This document shows, piece by piece, positions 1 to 13,329 of a DNA stretch of 64,000 nucleotides. The notes under the pieces were generated by a model. The model was not told the DNA's origin. It did not search any database and was given only the letters and a program-made list of their open reading frames with translations. Within the stretch, counting starts at the first letter, position 1. Each line of letters starts with the position of its first letter. Origin of the DNA: Eledone cirrhosa (Eukaryota). A program made the position numbers and the translations under genes. The stretch lies in NCBI GenBank assembly GCA_964016885.1, contig OZ024742.1, forward strand, positions 113,088,001 through 113,152,000, given 5' to 3'.

Positions 1-559
1 ATCATCTGAGTCTATCGTGAGGATTGCCCCGCCCTCCTCCTTTAGCCGGGAAGGGCAGGCAGTTTTTATCTGTCTGGTGGCCATGGCGAAAGAGATAGTA
101 TGGTGGACACGTTTGAAAGGGCTGAAGACGAGCACTTACCTCTTCGGTGATGCTCTGATTGACTTTTTCAAATTTCATTTGAAAAGGAAAATCAGAGTAG
201 AGAAGGAAGTGCTCTCTTCCCAGCATTTTGTTGAAAGATGGGTGAGAGAAGCAAGAATGGCCCGAGTGAATGGGCCGACTCTGAGTATATATCTGTAAAC
301 TAAAGGTGGAAAACTGGGAGAGGGCACTTGCCTTGGTGGTCAGGGTCATTGTGGCTTTTTACTGGGCTTTCTCCACAAATGTCCCTCCGAAGTCTCCCCC
401 CTATTGGGGAATTTTTCATTGTTATTTTCATTGTTATTTTTGTTACATCCTCTGTTTTTGTTTTTTTTACACGCAGAAATGCCCATTTGTACCGTCCTGC
501 ATTGTCCTGCACTGTCCTTAATGTCTACTTTATGTAAACCCTTGTGGTTAATAAAGAAA

Positions 560-609
<50 letters not shown>
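1..609 (+). mobile_element. 3' end of a Tx1/L1-clade non-LTR retrotransposon (copy A): ORF2 C-terminus, 3' UTR, (ATT)n tail
   Basis: 1-560 is a close match to 5971-6510 (protein RIAPPSSFS...RVNGPTLSIYL vs RIAPPPSFS...RMNGPSLSMCL). AATAAA at ~550 is followed by (ATT)n at 562-609. Confidence 0.93.
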
Positions 610-818
610 GGCGACCTACGTAGGAAATCGTATTATCGTGAGCTCCGCAAAGGTTTGTTATTTCCGTTTGTTTAAAAATTGCCATTTATGGAACATTTTA
701 TTGTAAACTGTTTATAAGCACACATACATTGTTTTCCGAAAAGGACACCCAAAAAGATTGGGGCCTTGTGCCCAAAATTTTAACTTTTATTATTATCCAA
801 AAATTTCTTTGAAAAAAA

Positions 819-2813
819 ATGGCTAATTCCCCTCTGCACGAAGCAGCTGAAAGCCTTCCTCACAAAATAACACCTCACACCGACACCACCATTGTAAATG
901 TTACTACGTTTGCCAACACAAAAAAAAATATAAGCAGTAGCAATATTTTAAATTTGTCTCAGGCAGACATTCATTTCCCGCCATTACCAATGACTGCAGG
1001 TGTTAAACCCTCCACCACCACCACCACCGCGACAACCACCACCACCACCACCACCACCACCACCGCGACAACAGAAACAAAAGAAGAAAAAAATAAATTA
1101 ACTCGTGACGTCGAAATGAAATCAAGCAAAATGGACTCTTCCCCACCAAAGACGACTGACGTCACAACCACCACAACTGAAAATAAAATTAATATTAACG
1201 ATAGCAACAACAACAACAATGACATTATAAAACCGACCCTCAGTTTCGCCATCGTAGCAAAACAATTCGAAGCGTTCACGGTAACCCAAGAAGATTTAGA
1301 AAATGCCAAACAAATGGTAAAGAAAGATGGGTACAGGGTCAGCCTCACCCCCCCACCTAATAAAATGGAGCATCGGCGCCTGTGCACCGTGTCGTATAGA
1401 ACAATAAATGTAAAATCGCGCCGAGTGGAACGGGCATCCGAGTCCCAAATCCAAAAAGCTTTGGGGCATGTGTGGGCAAGAAAAACCCACATCAGACGTG
1501 GGCAAAAGTATGGAACCGTGGATGTGTTCTTTGAAACACCAGAGGAGGCTAGAGAACGCTCCATGGCCCCATTAAAAAGTGACGACCTCACACTCGTCCC
1601 AAGCTATTGTGGCCAGAGACTCGTAAAGATCAGGGTGACCCACGTTCCACCGGCCATCGAAATTCCCTGGCTAATAGCGGCTGTCCTCACCGGCATCGAA
1701 GCCAACACGAAAATAATAGCAGTAGCAAAAGAAAAGCAGGAAAACTGGTCCGAATCTGGGATGGAGCTCCTGATCCAAGCGGACCAAAAAAGCATTGAGG
1801 AGATCCCAGAGATAATAGACCTCACTGACGGCAGCCACCTCACGGTAATTGTCGAGGGCAGAAGACCTAGGTGTGTCGTTTGTGGTGAAGGAACCCACCT
1901 AAGGGCTTTCTGCCCTCAGGCTAAAAGGTTGAGGCCACCTCTCCTACCCACCCCAGTGACAAAACCATCAACACCACCAGTAGCAGAGATGGCAGCAACA
2001 ACTGTAGCAGCAACAACAGAAGCAACTATAACAGCAACAACCCCAGCAACAGTAGCAAAACCAACACCACTACCACCACCAGCAAAACCAACACCACCAC
2101 CACCCAACGCTTCAGAACTAGCACCAGCGCCTACACCATCCACCACACCACAACCAAAACTAACGGCTGTGGAGGATTTTCCACTCCCCGGCCTATCACA
2201 ACTGGAGACAGATTGTGACGACGAGGAGTGGGAAACGATATCCGGAAAAAAAAAAAGAAACCAAAAAAGAAAAAATTCTCTTCCTTCCCCCTCCAAAAAC
2301 AAAATACAAAGGGAAACAAATAAACTAAGAAACAAAAAAGTTAGGACAGATATGCCACCATCCACACCAGCATCACCAACCCCATCAACCCAAACACCAA
2401 CACCATCACCATCATCATCCCCAGCACCACCATCACCTACACCACAAAAGTCACCAAAAAGCGAAACAGAAACAAACCCACAACAAACGCAAACAAAACA
2501 AAACAACCAAAACGATACACACTACACAGCATTAAATTTGAGCAACAAGCAATTATTACACTACATCCAACACAACACCAGCATCACAGAAAAATACTAC
2601 ACAACAACCCCAAAATTCACACCACCTCCACACATACAGATCACTCGCATCACACAGAAAACGTACATGACACTAAAACAAAAATTCCCCAAAGACATCG
2701 GAGACATCCGACAAGCACTCTCCAGGAGGATTTATAAGGACATCCTTCCTGAGGAGGCCACAAGCAGTGAAAAGGATGGAAAAGCCGTCCTTCCCCTACG
2801 AGAAGTAAGGTAA
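819..2813 (+). CDS. LINE ORF1 protein (gag-like, zinc knuckle, Thr/Pro-rich low-complexity arms)
   Basis: 664-aa open frame upstream of ORF2, with CX2CX4HX4C knuckle CVVCGEGTHLRAFC and a basic KKKRNQKRK segment. Confidence 0.88.
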   Translation: MANSPLHEAAESLPHKITPHTDTTIVNVTTFANTKKNISSSNILNLSQADIHFPPLPMTAGVKPSTTTTTATTTTTTTTTTTATTETKEEKNKLTRDVEMKSSKMDSSPPKTTDVTTTTTENKININDSNNNNNDIIKPTLSFAIVAKQFEAFTVTQEDLENAKQMVKKDGYRVSLTPPPNKMEHRRLCTVSYRTINVKSRRVERASESQIQKALGHVWARKTHIRRGQKYGTVDVFFETPEEARERSMAPLKSDDLTLVPSYCGQRLVKIRVTHVPPAIEIPWLIAAVLTGIEANTKIIAVAKEKQENWSESGMELLIQADQKSIEEIPEIIDLTDGSHLTVIVEGRRPRCVVCGEGTHLRAFCPQAKRLRPPLLPTPVTKPSTPPVAEMAATTVAATTEATITATTPATVAKPTPLPPPAKPTPPPPNASELAPAPTPSTTPQPKLTAVEDFPLPGLSQLETDCDDEEWETISGKKKRNQKRKNSLPSPSKNKIQRETNKLRNKKVRTDMPPSTPASPTPSTQTPTPSPSSSPAPPSPTPQKSPKSETETNPQQTQTKQNNQNDTHYTALNLSNKQLLHYIQHNTSITEKYYTTTPKFTPPPHIQITRITQKTYMTLKQKFPKDIGDIRQALSRRIYKDILPEEATSSEKDGKAVLPLREVR

Positions 2814-2847
2814 GTGGTCTTTCCCATCTTTTCCACTCCTTTTCAAC

Positions 2848-5800
2848 ATGACCTCACTCAGAATAGGCAGCATAAATGCGCGTGGCTTGGGGTCGTCATG
2901 GAAGCAGGGCCACCTGCTCAACGACCTCAGGTCACTAAACATAGATGTAGTGGCCATCAGCGAGACCAGAATCTCTGAAGCACAGGCTTTCGCACCGATC
3001 TTCGGCGGCTACGATGTGTACGCATCTCCCAGCCGTCCGGGATCGGGGGGGGGGGAGTTGCTGTGCTTTTTCGGAGAGGTTTGGATCTTGCCATACGGGC
3101 CATCTTCCTGGACCCAGAAGGTAAGTTGGTGGTGCTGGACGTGACCAGCGGAGACGAGCAAGCTTTCAGGTTAGTGGCCGTCTATGCCCCGACAGGAGCA
3201 GGGCGGCCTGATTTCTTCCGGCGTCTGGAGACCTTTCTTGGAACGTCCCGCTCTTTAGTGTAGTGGGCGACTGGAACGGGATCTTAGATGCACGCTGGGA
3301 TTGTGTGGGATTAGTGGATAGGGGTGGAGGTTGCAAGAGTCTCACCAACCTGCTCAGACGTTTTGAACTGTCTGACAGGTACCGAATGGATTTCCCGAAT
3401 GTACCAATGTGGACTTGGACAAATCGCATAGGGTCATCCAGATCATATCTAGATAGAGTATTTTGTATGGAAATAGATAGGTCTAGCATAGGCTGTCCAC
3501 AATTCAAGATAGTCAGCTACACGGACCACAAATTCGTGATCTGTGTGCTTGACTTAGATAGGCTTCATAGACGAGGACCCGGCTACTGGAAGCTAAACGC
3601 GTCCTTACCAGCGCGCAAGGCCTACAGAGACCGGATTAGCGAACTAGTTAAGCGGGCGTTGACGGGGGCCATCGTCAACAACAAGTGGTGGTTTGCTCTG
3701 AAAAGAGCAATTAGAATAGAGTCCATTAGGTTTAGTAAGACTTTAGCAATAGAGAAAAATAGAGCAGAGGGAGAATTAGTTAGAAAATTAGATGAGGCGC
3801 TTAGCAAAGGCATCGCGACCGACGTACTTGCGGCGAAATTGGCCCTTGACCAATTCTTCAATGCAAAGCACGAAGGCTGCGTTGTCAGAGCTAGGGTGCG
3901 TGCTCTCAGACACGAGGGGACGAAAGCCGTTGAATGGGCCCGAGTGGCGGAGGCGCGTCGTGGCAACAAAGCCACGATCCGGTCTTTGGTGGACCACGAC
4001 GGGCGCATGCTACTCGATCCCGGGCAAATGTGTGAAGCTTTTCAGCGACACTTCGCTCAACTGTTCGGGGGCAGTGGCGGGCCGGATCGAGGGATGGACT
4101 TTAGTGTCTACCTCGACGGACTGCCGCGGCTTTCGGCCACTGAGGCGGAGTGTTGCGAAAAGCCGATAACAACCGCTGAAGTACGGGATGCAATGACTAG
4201 TTGCACAAGGGGCAAATCGCCTGGTTTGGATGGTCTGCCCTATGAACTTTACGTACAAATGCCAAACTTGTTCGGAGGCCTCTTGGCGGACGTCTACTGC
4301 AACTGGCAACAGAACGGGAGAATTCCCAGCTCTGTGAGCCGAGGAGCGGTGGCGCTGCTGAGAAAGGATCCGGACAAGGGGGATAACATAGATAATTTTA
4401 GGCCCATAACTCTGCTAAACACAGAGTTCAAGATTTTGGCCAAGGTGCTAGCAAAGAGGTTGGCGCTTGTCGTTGGTGGTCTGGTGGGAGAGGCACAGAC
4501 ATGCGCCATTCCCGACAGATCCATCCACGACAACCTCCACCTCATGCGATACATCGTAGAGAGGGTAGCTAGGGAACCTGGCACGGGTGGGTCTTTGATC
4601 AATTTAGATCAGTCGAAAGCCTTCGATAGGGTCGACCATCGTTACCTAGCGGCAGTCCTGAGGGCGACTGGCTTTGGGCCCGTCTTCAGAGGCTGGATCG
4701 CTGCCATGCACAGCGACATCTGCTCTGTAGTGAGAGTGAACGGTCACCTTTCGGAACCGTTCAACATCATGCGCTCGGTCCGCCAAGGGTGTCCCCTCTC
4801 GTCCCTATTGTACGTATTGACTCTCGAGCCATTACTGCACAAACTGGAGACGTTTAGGGGGGTCCCGCGCGAACTAGGATGCGGAAGATCCGTGTCAGCA
4901 TATGCCGACGATGTCACCGTAGTGGTGTCGAACGCCAAACACATCGAGGCGATCGGCACTACACTAAGAGAATACGAAGCGGTGACAGGAGCAATGATCA
5001 ACCAGGAAAAGTCAGTGGGCCTGCAGCTCGGCACCTGGAGAGGCAGGTCCATGCCGTCCAACAGCGTCGTCGGGCGCTGGACGGACGGACCGGTTAAATT
5101 GCTAGGGGTCTGGTTCGGTCCAGACCTCCAGACGGACAAAAACTGGGACGAGGTGACGAGCAGGGTGGCTTCTCTCACCCAGAAATGGGCCGAGAGGAAG
5201 CTATCCCTAAAAGGTCGAGCGGAGGTGGCGAATGCGTACATCGCATCCGTCATCTACTACCGCCTGACCGTCGTACCTTGTCCTAAGCACCGCCTGACTG
5301 CGCTGGAGCGTTTGCTCTTTCCCTTCTTGTGGAAGGGACGCGCTCCGATGGTCAGGCGGTCCATCTGCTGTCAACACCCGCTACGTGGAGGGCTGGGCAT
5401 GCCGTGGCTGATGATGCGCAGACACGCGCTCAGGCTACGACATCTCCACCTCTTCCTCGACGGTGATCAGGTGTGGTCGCCGTTTGCAAGACACGTTTTT
5501 CCCCAGCTCGTCTCCTTGACGGAGCTGCAGTCCTGGGTCAAGCGAAGACCGAGAGGGAGCGCTTGGAGACTGGAATGTCTTCAGGCGCTCACAGCCCTCG
5601 ACCAATCGGGCAATGTGATCGGTGGAAACTCCACCTTGGCGTTCTATAGGGGATTAGTGGAGGGGAAGAGCGACGACGTACTTGGAGAAACTCTAGGCGT
5701 CGACGAAAATCAACTAGCCAATCTCTTCGGAAGGACTTTCGGGCCGGGGCCTATGGACAACTTCCAGAAATCCCTGGCCTGGCAGTGCTACCGAGGAGAT

Positions 5801-6268
5801 TTGCCAGTTCGGGATAGACTCTACAGGCATGGAGGTGCCGTCAGCCGGGCATGTCCGAGATGCGCGCAGGGCGACGAAACCGTCCTGCACGCACTCGTCC
5901 AGTGTCCGAGCATTGCTGACTTGTGGGTTTATGTCGAACACCTGCTGTCACGTGTAGGACGGATCCAGCTATCAGCTGAGTCCATCGTGAGGATTGCCCC
6001 ACCCCCTTCCTTTAGCCTGGAAGGGCAGGCAGTTTTTATCTGTCTGGTGGCCATGGCGAAAGAGATAGTATGGTGGACACGTTTGAAAGGGCTGAAGACG
6101 AGCACTTACCTCTTCGGTGATGCCCTGATTAACTTTTTCAAATTTCATTTGAAAAGGAAAATCAGGGTAGAGAGGGAAGTGCTCTCTTCCCAGCATTTTG
6201 TTGAAAGATGGGTGAGAGAAGCAAGTATGGCCCGAATGAATGGGCCTTCTCTGAGTATGTGTCTGTAA
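2848..6268 (+). pseudogene. LINE ORF2 (AP endonuclease + reverse transcriptase + C-terminal CCHC), split by two 1-bp frameshifts
   Basis: APE motifs SINARGL, ISET, VYAP, GDWN, YLDR, TDH. RT motifs KSPGLDG, FRPITLLN, DQSKAFD, VRQGCPLS, YADD. Zn finger CPRC..ETVLHALVQC. Frame changes at the G11 run (3045-3055) and at ~3260. Confidence 0.92.
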
Positions 6269-6510
6269 ATTAAAGGTGGAAAACTGGGAGAGGGCACTTG
6301 CCCTGGTGGTCAGGGCCACTGTGGTCTTTTAATGGGCTTTCTCCACAAATGTCCCTTGGAAGTCTCCCCCCTATTGGGGAATTTTTCTTTGTTATTTTAT
6401 TTCAACCTCTGTTTTTTTACACGCAGAAATGCCCATTTGTACCGTCCTGTATTGTCCTGTACTGTCCTTAATGTCTACTTTATGTGAACCCTTGTGGTTA
6501 ATAAAGAAAA

Positions 6511-6546
<36 letters not shown>

Positions 6547-6589
6547 CAATATCACTTTTATTATCATTATTTTTGTTATCTTTGTTATT

Positions 6590-9475
6590 TAGTATGTCAA
6601 GAAGTATGTATATCGCTCCGTAACTTTTGTTTATTTCTACGTGCATACATAATAATTGTTGTCTCAAACATTTAATAGAATGCCGCATATTGCCCTGTGT
6701 TACGGCGAACCAATAATAATTGGGCGCTGGTCCCCAAACGTTGATTTTTATTTGATTAAGGAAAATCTTCTCTGTCAATAATATGGACAGAATAGGCTAA
6801 CTCCCGTTAAGCAAGCTGCCATATGACAGCCGCTTAAACGTTGAGAGAAATGACAACGTACCACGACAACCTTCTACATAAACAGTTTCACTATTACCAC
6901 CACTAGATGGTGGAAAGCCAACAACAACAACTGCAGCAATAACAACAAAAACAAAACTAATGAGAGCAACAACGGAAATACGACAACACCGACAACAGGT
7001 GAAACAAAAACATCAACAACGAGAAGAACAGCACCATCAAGAGAAACTGTAGAAAAAGTGAGAGCAACGACTGCCACAATGAGCACAACACCAACAACTG
7101 CAATAATGGCAAATATACGAAACACAATAGCAGCAAAATAGAAGCATGACTACAACACGACCAACGACAACAGCATCTACATCACCAAGAGTGCATTTAC
7201 AGCTAGAACTGCAAAAGGACAACGTCTGTATATGATGGATGTAACAGAAAAAATAACGTTTAGCCAAGGAGTTAAGCTCATCACCAGAGAAAAAACTTGG
7301 CCAAATTATACGCCACGACATATATGATGGCAACGACAGAGAGAACTCTCACATAGCGGTGCATTTCAGTGCAACCCCAAAAAACAGCGATATCCACATA
7401 ATCACAAGTGGAGGCTGCAGTAAAATGCATCATAAACGTAATTGAACATAATGTAAGGGCTAAATAATTCGGGAGCACTTAGTTGTTCTTTAAAACCGAA
7501 CCCCTTAATATCAAGCATTCGGTTGTACCCTGCATGTCGGACCAAATCATTTTGCACCCTTCCCGGGTGGGAAGGCAACAACGATCAGCGTTCCCAGGTT
7601 CCCAATGGACCAGACTTATGGTGGCTCCTGGGATGCGTGGCTACGATGAGCCCTGGCGTTCAGCTCGTGTAACATTTACAAAGAGGGCGACATGATCGGA
7701 GACTTGTTTAGGGGTTCTTCTGAAAATCAAACCAGACGACATATCAAATATCTCGGACCATCTATAACCTACGAGACGGTAACGAGATCGATGTGGTTAC
7801 TGAAGATAACAGGTCACTCTGGCTAGTTTGCGATGTATCCACATATATGTGAGCCTTTGCCATCAGCTTAAAATTGCAGCGGGATGTCAAGCTTCACTAA
7901 TGCCAACACCAGTGTCGGGGGGAAAGGCTGCAGCAACGATATAATCAACATCATCATCAGCATCACCATCTAAACCAGCACTATAGACATAATGAGAAGA
8001 TGAGGAAAGCTTTATCAATATCTCTTCCCCTCCCAAACAACAAATACACACATAAAACCACACAAATACTAAATAAAAATATCTGAAACAGACACAGAAA
8101 CCTTGTTTTCTCCTAGCTAAGTCGGAGGACAATATCAGAGCCGAGAAAAAAGATAAAGAATAACAAAAGAAGAGTAAAACAACACCAAACATCACTCACA
8201 AACACGTCAGAAAACGCAGACACCTCCGCAACAACATCAACACCGCTTCCACATCCACCTAAACAAAAACAAGAACAACCTCATCAGAAAACACACCCAC
8301 GGAGAACTTCATGGTAGTAAGAAGGGCCAACGAAATGTTGGCTTTCAAACCACGAAACAAACACATCGAAACGGAGTGGAGAGGTTTTGGCACCAGCACA
8401 TTTTGAGTACCGGAAAAAAACATATGATGGTACGAATGTTTCTAGGCATCTATAAAGTAATTAGGGAAAGCTAAGCCTAAATCTAACCCTACCTCTGATG
8501 TAAAAGCCATAGCTGGCGTTTAAATTGGTTACCAAAATAAAACCTTCCAAACATGGGAGTAGAATAATCCAACCTTTTCGATACTGCGGGGGTAGGAAAA
8601 CCTTTATATTTCTTGATCAAGCCACCAATAAACATGACTACCAAAAATGAAGGTTGCATAAATGTTCACGGTCTGGCATCGTCCTAGAAGCAGGGTCACT
8701 TGCTGAACGACCAGCGTTCACGCATAGGGACATCTATATCGTATATAGATATGTTTTTCTTTGCATCAGCAGACAGAGTAAGTATAGGCTGACCTCATTT
8801 CTTAACGGTCTCCTATTTAGTTCACAAATTTGTGATCTGCATGGTCGACGCAGAGAGAACATGTCGACCAGTAACTGGTTTTCTGGATGGTTAACGCGTC
8901 ATTCAGAGTGCGCGAAGACTACAGTGACAAGGTCACCACTTTATTGGCGTTTAAGTTTATAGTTGGGTCATCAAAACCTGTGATTAGGTGTTATCAATAG
9001 GTTTTAGTAAAGTAGCGATAAAAAAAATAGAAAGGAGGAGAAGCTGTTGACTAAATTAAATGAGGCTATTAGAAGTGGCTTTGCAACTGACTTGGTACAG
9101 ACGAGAATGGGATTAGATTATTTCTTCAATGCGAAAACCTAAGACTTCATTGTAAGTGATGGTGTCTGTGCTCTATTTAATGAGCGAACGAATGCTGTTT
9201 GATTAGTCCGAGGGCAGAGAAGAAGCATGGTAACAGAACACACACTTTGTTTTTAACGGGCCGTGGCGAACGCATACTGATTGATTCCATACAAATGATT
9301 GCGGCCTTTTACTATCAATTTGTTCGACTGTTCGGGGCGTTGAAGACGTTGGTTGACTTCAGTTCCTAACTCGACGGCTTCCCGCAACTCTCCCCAGACG
9401 ACGCTGCGTGCAGCGAAAGGAGGTTAACATCTGTTGCATTCGGGATGTCCTGTTAGAGTGCATGAGGTGCAAGTC
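6590..9475 (+). mobile_element. Older, degenerate Tx1-like copy (copy C): 5' UTR, decayed ORF1, start of ORF2
   Basis: Recognisable similarity to copy B at the 5' UTR (gctccg..tttgtt, ttggg..cccaaa), at the ORF2 start (8634 atgact..gcataaatg..gaagcagggtcacttgctgaacgacc) and across 8940-9475 vs 3680-4215. Many stops and indels. Confidence 0.78.
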
Positions 9476-10899
9476 ACCCTGTTTGGCACAACAACTGAGT
9501 AGTATAAATCATTTTCTCTATATTCTTTGTCTTAAATTTTAGACAGGAAAATTCTCCGGAGTCGATAAAATGAAATAGTGTGGTTATTGTAATGGTTTCA
9601 TCTTTCCCTCGCAAATGTGTGGCTCTATTTTTATGTATGAAATAATTATTTTGCAACCGAAATTATATTTTAAAGTGCAAATCCAGCCAGAATTAAAGAT
9701 GACATTCGGAAATGTATGGTCAATAAACCAACTAAAACATAAATACTTACTTTCACTATATTATACTTTGCCCTGATTTAACATGTAATATCGAATTGTA
9801 ATATTTAATACCCTTCCAAATGTGAGCAAAACATAGCAGCTACCTGAAGCGTTAGTTATACAGGAAGCAGAATGATGAATGTTCCAAAAATAAATATATG
9901 AATTATAAATAAATATATGGAATATTTTTTAGATAGAACATATCACAGATTTAGTAAAGAAACATTTCCCCAGTTAATTGATGTGTTAATTTATCTGATA
10001 TTTTGAAATTTGAACTATCACAGGCTGACAAGTTTAGCTCTGGTGTTACTGAACAAAAAACAACTATGAAAGAATGTTACATTTATTATTAGAAATAATA
10101 GAATTATTATTAGAAGTAGAATTAATATAAATATATAACAATACCAGTACTAATAACAATGAAATTTAGAACGTATGTAAAACGTAGAATGAAACGGAAG
10201 TAGCTTATACTTAGGTATACATGATATCGTGAATATTTTTACATGCATACATAGTCTAATCATAGCATTTTGTGCACATACCACATTGTCGTTCTCCAGG
10301 GCTTTTTCTCTGTCTTTTGTTTCTAATTCTGTACCATTTATATTACGCTTGTGATATGTCGTGTTCCTTGTTTACTTAAGGATCATCTATATCCCTCCTC
10401 AAGTTTACTTTACTTTAATTTCGTTGTTATATGCCAACTCTAATTCTCGACTAATTCTACATAGCGGCTATTGCCATTACTACTACTATGGTCACTGGGC
10501 CCAGCTGCCATGCCTAAGTATCAAAAGTATCATCGGCCATTATTACTGCTGAATACAATTCCATCTGGCATAGCAACATATCTACCAGACCTATCCATGA
10601 CTGACATGATTCCTGAAAGAGTTGGAGGAAAATGTCAAAAATATTGTGCCACTAGGTAATTCAAAATGACTTGATAATGTTTTGGTGAATCTAACTCTGA
10701 CCACGAGATATTTGGACTCGTTCAGCTTCGTATCTGAAAAGTGGGTATTGGTCCTGAAATACCATGTTAAAATACATTGGTTAAAATATTACTGTGTCTT
10801 ATATTGTTTCATTTGTCCTCATTTGCCTTTCGTATTTTTCTACTGCATTGACCCGTTTAAAATAAAATATCGTTCTTTTACTACACACACTCAGACGCG

Positions 10900-11345
<446 letters not shown>

Positions 11346-11934
11346 ATACATGCATACATACTTAGTGTTTTGTGAATTCAGATTTTCGATGGTGATAAAC
11401 ACTTCTCAAAGTGGTAACATTTAATTTTATGTAAGACCTTATCTTTCAGCAGCCTAATATTTTCACAGTTTTATTATAGCTGTCAGACTTCAATTTAAGT
11501 TTATCACATTCCCATGAAATGAATACTATTAATTTTAAGTGAAACTACCTTTCGGCTATACTCTATCTTTATCAGTATGCCCCTATGTATAATATATACA
11601 TTTTTATTCTTCCTGAAATTTTGTCTTTTACTAAATTCGTAAAATATACATTATTCGACATGAAGCAAATGGGTGTTTCGTGTGGTAATCTCATGGCTAG
11701 TCCTGAAGCTTTAATATTCCGCTCAAAACAGATCAAAATATATAATTCACTCATGACAAATGCATTCCTTATCTTTATATTTTACCGTATATCTTGAGAA
11801 CGATATCACAAATATATTATATCAGCATATGTAATGATTGTTCTGATATTAATATTATTATTATTATCAAGGTTTGGCCTTGTACCGAAAGTAGAAACGC
11901 TGTGAATTTACAATATATTTAAAGCGCCATACAA

Positions 11935-12300
11935 CATGCATTCCGGCATACATTTACGGCTACTTACCTTCTGAGTTCAAATCCCTTCCAACCTTACGGG
12001 TCAGATAAAATAATTGTTTCTACTTTAGGCACAAGGCCAGCAATTACCCAGTGCATTACTGGTACTTTATTTTATCGACCCCGTAAGGATGAAAGGCAAA
12101 GTCAACCTCGGCGGGATTTGAACTCAGATCGTAAAGGGACGTAACTATGCTGGAAAGCATGGTGTCTGACCCTCTACCGATACTGCCAATCCACCGCCCC
12201 GGGTCAGATAAAATAATGTGGCATTAAAGCACTGGGAGCGTCTTAATATACTGATTCATTCGCTTCAAATTTCTAGCCTTGTGCCAAAGTAGAAACAATT
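11935..12300 (+). mobile_element. Older tRNA-derived SINE, split by a younger inverted SINE
   Basis: B box gagttcaaatcc at ~11973 and tail gccttgtgccaaagtagaaacaatt at ~12276-12300, on either side of the insertion. Confidence 0.65.
12015..12199 (-). mobile_element. Full-length tRNA-derived SINE with 18-bp TSD
   Basis: Minus strand reads A box tggcagtatcgg, B box gagttcaaatcc, core gcctttcatccttacggggtcgataaa, and tail gtagaaacaatt. TSD cgggtcagataaaataat at 11997-12014 and 12200-12217. Confidence 0.92.
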
Positions 12301-13329
12301 TTTAATAATAGTAGCAGTAGTAGTGTTAGTAGATGTTTTGTAAACATTTTTCTTATAAATGTAGATCTGTAAGAATAGCAATATCCTCTACTACATTTCC
12401 CAATTACATTAGTGTTATATTCATTATACGCATCTAGTTATTTATATTTTTCTTTATTTCTAAGATAAAACCAGTTGTGTCTCTTCAAACTATTTTATTA
12501 GTGATAGCTGTACATTCACTGTAACGTTAAATTGCTGACTAACATATCATGAGCAAAATAAACTCGTGTAACGCCATTTGCAATAAACTGGAATTAACTA
12601 AATAATGATTGCATTCTGTCACATGCTTCTCTGAGAAAAAGAAAATATATTAAGCATATCTTTACTAGAACTATAATGAAAACCGATACCCATGATGTTA
12701 TAATTTAGTAAATAATGAAGGATCTGAAAGGATTTAGTGATATATCTGATGCTGCAATTATTGTATTCGGGTATAGAACATAAGATACCAACTCTTTGTA
12801 CATAAAATGTTTAAGGACATTTTTTTTAGATGATGTTAAACATATTAAGATAATAGGATCTGCCTTGGATAGTCATGGACATTTTTCCCTAACGTAAATA
12901 TGGAATAATAGCGTTTACGAACATCGTGATAAACGTATTACTTGTTACATGCAGGATTTTGAGACATGTAATAAAAGACCGACAAATTTCAAAACGTTAG
13001 GAACGTGAGGCAGACGCTGTGTTTCAATATGGGATTTCAGGGCTAATACACTCTTTTCAAATGTGAAACAAAAACGGTTCCAAACGAAAACAAAAGATCG
13101 ATGTCTACTTACTTTACTGACCTGTATTTCAAAAATAAGCATGCGTGAGTTAATTATAGTAAACAATCTGCTTTGTGAATTTCCAAATCATTTTTTTTTC
13201 TTGAACAGTATGGGCAGCATCCAGGCGGTACAATCGATGTATACGGATCACAATATTTTAAACTTGACTATATAAACCCCATACGCTCTCATGCATACGT
13301 CTGTGTTGTTAATGGGATAATTAGGAAGT

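Larger units (their letters stand above)
610..6546 (+). mobile_element. Near full-length Tx1/L1-clade LINE (copy B)
   Basis: 5' UTR, ORF1, ORF2 (APE-RT-CCHC), 3' UTR with AATAAA and (ATT)n tail. Bounded by (ATT)n on both sides. Confidence 0.93.
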
